Assembly (NCBI GenBank): GCA_964370315.1
Contig: CAYJIS010000002.1
Coordinates: forward strand, 35,753-99,752
Origin: an uncultured Treponemataceae bacterium
GTDB taxonomy: Bacteria > Spirochaetota > Spirochaetia > Treponematales > Treponemataceae
Length of the DNA: 64,000 nt
Direction of reading: 5' to 3'
Shown: positions 62,826-64,000 of the stretch, piece by piece
How the letters are laid out: each line of letters starts with the position of its first letter
Position numbering within the stretch: the first letter of the stretch is position 1
Translations under genes and position numbers: made by a program
The notes under the pieces: model-generated
Told to the model about the DNA's origin: nothing
The model's database searches: none
What the model saw: only the letters and a program-made list of their open reading frames with translations

Positions 62826-63659
62826 TTAATAATAGACAGCTGCAACTTCTTCTTCCTTTGAGCTTTCGAAGTAAAAACTGTCAAATACAGAATCAACAAG
62901 TATCCCTATCGAAATATATGGAGTAACTTCAAACTTAAATATATCTGCAATGCTGTAAAAGTCGTGTTTAGATTTGGCCTTTAAGTCTTGCCCATAATAA
63001 ACTCCATCATCACTTATGTTTTTTGTCATTCTAGAGGTGCTAAGCTGAAACATTGGAATATTCAGTTCAAGCCCGTAGCGAAAGTACACATCTGAAAACT
63101 TATGAATCATTGCTATATCAAGGCCAAGACCCATATCAAAACCAAGCATATACCCTGTATACTCTGAATATTGTAGAACGTCTGGATCAGCAGGATCTGG
63201 GGCTGTAATCAATTCAGTTGTATTATAATCTAACAAGGTCCAAAAAACTCCAAACCCTATTGTAGGAGTTATAAGAAACTCTGCATTGTCGGACACCGTT
63301 GAACTAAACGTATAACCTCTTTGAGTTGGAAAATATAAAGAATTTGAATTAAGGTTTTGAATTGTTTCTCCTTGGGGAAAAGGTATTCCAATAACCCCAT
63401 CCGTATTTTGTGCACTAAAGTTATACATAATTGCAAATTTTGAGTGTGTTTCTCCCCAAGGTCGTTCTTTTAAGGTTGATGTATACCACCCAAACAGCTG
63501 GTCATTATCTGATCTCCCTGAATCAAAAGTAGTAATGTTTGAAAATGCTAATCCTGAAAACTGAACCGTTCTCAGTTTTGTTTCATCTGTATCTCCTGGT
63601 AAAGAGAATAAAAGTGTAACACTTGCAATGAACATTGCAATAAAAACTAATTTTTTCAT
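62826..63659 (-). CDS. Hypothetical secreted protein, possibly a small outer-membrane beta-barrel
   Basis: 277 aa. Signal peptide. Alternating aromatic/hydrophobic strands. No motif recognised. Confidence 0.55.
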   Translation of the reverse strand: MKKLVFIAMFIASVTLLFSLPGDTDETKLRTVQFSGLAFSNITTFDSGRSDNDQLFGWYTSTLKERPWGETHSKFAIMYNFSAQNTDGVIGIPFPQGETIQNLNSNSLYFPTQRGYTFSSTVSDNAEFLITPTIGFGVFWTLLDYNTTELITAPDPADPDVLQYSEYTGYMLGFDMGLGLDIAMIHKFSDVYFRYGLELNIPMFQLSTSRMTKNISDDGVYYGQDLKAKSKHDFYSIADIFKFEVTPYISIGILVDSVFDSFYFESSKEEEVAAVYY

Positions 63660-63753
63660 TATTCATTCCTTATTAATAGTATTCTTTGATTATACCAAAA
63701 ACAATATTTTTTGTATGTATCTAAATCACAAACTCGTGCACTCATCTGTACAC

Positions 63754-63782
63754 AAAAAAAGCCTTGCAAGAAGGCCTTTTTA
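63754..63782. terminator. Short hairpin flanked by A7 and T5 downstream of ychF
   Basis: AAAAAAA-GCCTT-gcaag-AAGGC-CTTTTT. The stem is only 5-6 bp. Confidence 0.45.
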
Positions 63783-63799
63783 ATACATATAGCTTATTA

Positions 63800-64000
63800 T
63801 TACACGTTAAACTTAAAGAAAATAACGTCACCGTCTTGAACGATGTATTCTTTGCCTTCTAAGCGGTATTTTCCGGCTGCTTTAATTGCCGCTTCTGAAC
63901 CATATTCAACAAAATCATTGAATGAATATACTTCAGCCTTGATAAATCCGCGTTCAAAGTCTGTATGGATAACCCCTGCAGCTTTTGGAGCGGTGTCTCC
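63800..64000 (-). CDS. ychF: Redox-regulated ATPase YchF, C-terminal 66 aa only
   Basis: My minus-strand translation: [66 protein letters not shown], the conserved YchF C-terminal (TGS-like) domain. Confidence 0.9.
   Translation of the reverse strand, partial: GDTAPKAAGVIHTDFERGFIKAEVYSFNDFVEYGSEAAIKAAGKYRLEGKEYIVQDGDVIFFKFNV

Overview
The window looks like ordinary chromosome from a low-GC, lipoprotein-rich bacterium. I infer a spirochaete, possibly Treponema-like, from a CheX phosphatase, an enlarged MglB-type lipoprotein, LA_2272-type surface repeat proteins and many lipobox signal peptides. No search was run, so the taxonomy is inference only. Coding density is high and most genes are recognisable housekeeping or metabolic genes:
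- DNA repair and nucleotide metabolism: dCMP deaminase, uvrB, nth, an MGMT-family protein and prs.
- Translation, RNA modification and cofactors: metK, queH, rsmE, rsmG, era, an RluA-family synthase and tRNA-Thr.
- Energy and redox: a five-gene electron-bifurcating-type [FeFe] hydrogenase operon and lpd.
- Transport: the mglBAC sugar ABC operon, a polar amino-acid ABC operon, and LysE, MATE and MscS proteins.
- Others: htrA, galE and an M20 peptidase.

I found no transposase, integrase, CRISPR array, rRNA or phage module.

The least ordinary content is:
1. A duplicated two-gene cassette of polytopic GGDEF cyclases, four genes in all, flanking a ThyX-fold protein that has lost the ThyX signature (6651-12460).
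2. A self-contained CheY-CheX module with a membrane-anchored CheA-type kinase that lacks the P5 domain, under its own near-consensus promoter (40623-43590).
3. Tandem LA_2272-like surface-repeat paralogs that share a 100-nt perfectly identical 5' block (3777-6336).
4. Two short GC-rich, hairpin-dense intergenic islands (52202-52334 and 62731-62825).
5. Several unusual fusions or insertions: MglC with an N-terminal coiled-coil extension of about 225 aa, NlpC/P60 joined to a barrel-like tail, TPR joined to a degenerate Mrr-like domain, a long-form Prs, and a 90-aa poly-Asp protein.

All functional calls come from motifs read by eye in the supplied translations. Nothing was searched against a database.
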